Of a DNA stretch of 64,000 nucleotides, positions 63,013 to 64,000 are shown piece by piece. Under the pieces are notes generated by a model, which was given only the letters and a program-made list of their open reading frames with translations, ran no database searches and was not told where the DNA came from. The stretch comes from Azolla caroliniana (Eukaryota; Plantae; Polypodiophyta): assembly GCA_043228905.1 (NCBI GenBank), contig JBHGNT010000002.1:18290001-18354000 (forward strand). Reading direction: 5' to 3'. A program made the translations under genes and the position numbers. Numbering within the stretch: position 1 is the stretch's first letter; every line of letters starts with the position of its first letter.

Positions 63013-64000
63013 ACATAGCTCTCCGGCTCACGCACTTCCGCCACCTTCGTCATGTACGCATAGTGATATGCCATGTACTCATCACAACCATACCGTTTGA
63101 TGGTGTTCTTCTGGTGGGTCGACCAACGCGGTTTCTGCTCTGCGATTTCTTGGCTTTCTTGGCCGACTTGAACTTCTCTTCAGAAGGTCCATCTTCGTTC
63201 TTCCCAGAGTCAAATTCGCTCTGATCCAACTCATCTTTGCTGGCATCGTACTCTAGCATCTTCTTCTTACCCTTCTCTTTGCACATGAACCGTCTGCTAG
63301 GTTCCTTACGCAGAGAGAGCACGATTGAGTCTCCACTACTCGTTGACTCTTCATCTTACTGGTCATCCCGAATTAGTTGCATTCGGCCCGCTCAGTGGAA
63401 ATGAGATCAGACTCCCACCTTGAGTACCAAATCCTTCTTCATCTTCTATCGGATCGTTTTGGGCTCACTGGCCTCATCCCGGGTCGGAGTTGGACATCGG
63501 AGCCAGTAGAGAGTATCATGATGCCGACTCATCAAATTCAACATCTTAGCTCAGTCGAACTTGTTTTGTTCGGGGGTTATATCACTTATACCCCTTCTGT
63601 TCATGTGAGTAGCCAACCAAAATGCACTTAACCGACTTCAGGTCTAACTTTCTCCGCTTCTAATCTAGCACATGCACATATTGAATGCTACTGAATATCT
63701 TAAGGTGCCTTAAATTCGGCTTCTGCACGAAATACAACTCATGTGCTGACACCTTATCCCCGATCCAGTTTTGGATGTAGACGGTTGTCCGGACAGCTTC
63801 GGCCTAGTAGAACTTGGGCATGCTCTTCTCTTCGACCATTGTTGTTGTAGGTTTTAGGGTTAGGGTTAATGGTAATGATGATTATCAATGACGAAGATAG
63901 ACATGGTGTACTGGTGGAGATGATGAATGGTATGATGGTGAGAGATCATGAAGATGCAAGACAAGCATTGAGAAGCATTGCGGGGTGGGGGGTGGTGCCT

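Larger units (their letters stand above)
55171..63830 (-). mobile_element. Ty1/copia element (same family as 16697-19529), interrupted by gag-only copy 2
   Basis: Integrase tail (63013-63800), RT ([40 protein letters not shown]) and RH (FHAQTKHIEVHYHFV) at 56040-57763. PPT GAGGGGGAG at 55625-55633. The 3' LTR ends at 55624 on the + strand; its left boundary is approximate. Confidence 0.9.

Overview
Repeat-rich land-plant genomic DNA. A fern or other non-seed plant is my guess from gene and element style; I cannot prove it. There are four host genes: the 3' half of a MIKC(c)-type MADS-box gene (+; K- and C-domain exons 25529-28523, with no MADS/I exons found in the window), a 7-exon EF-hand Na+/Ca2+ exchanger-like gene (NCL/EFCAX; -, 32024-36630), an intronless C2-domain gene (+, 42670-43581) and a 3-exon Sec14/CRAL-TRIO gene (-, 50247-53506). 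The rest is nested retroelement debris (several Ty1/copia, an Athila-like Ty3/gypsy, a LINE remnant), foldback elements and local tandem duplications. The most notable structure is two related, structurally complete LTR elements that carry gag but no pol (10167-14752 on +, 57764-63012 on -). Both have TG..CA LTRs, an 18-nt tRNA-Trp primer-binding site, a PPT and 4-bp CpG-centred target-site duplications, and both sit inside older retrotransposons. Where pol would be, each has a ~2.4-2.6 kb region built from repeated stem-loops and a degenerate repeat array. A 99-bp duplication in the MADS gene creates a candidate 6-nt microexon and a new intron. All coordinates were read by eye; no database searches were run.
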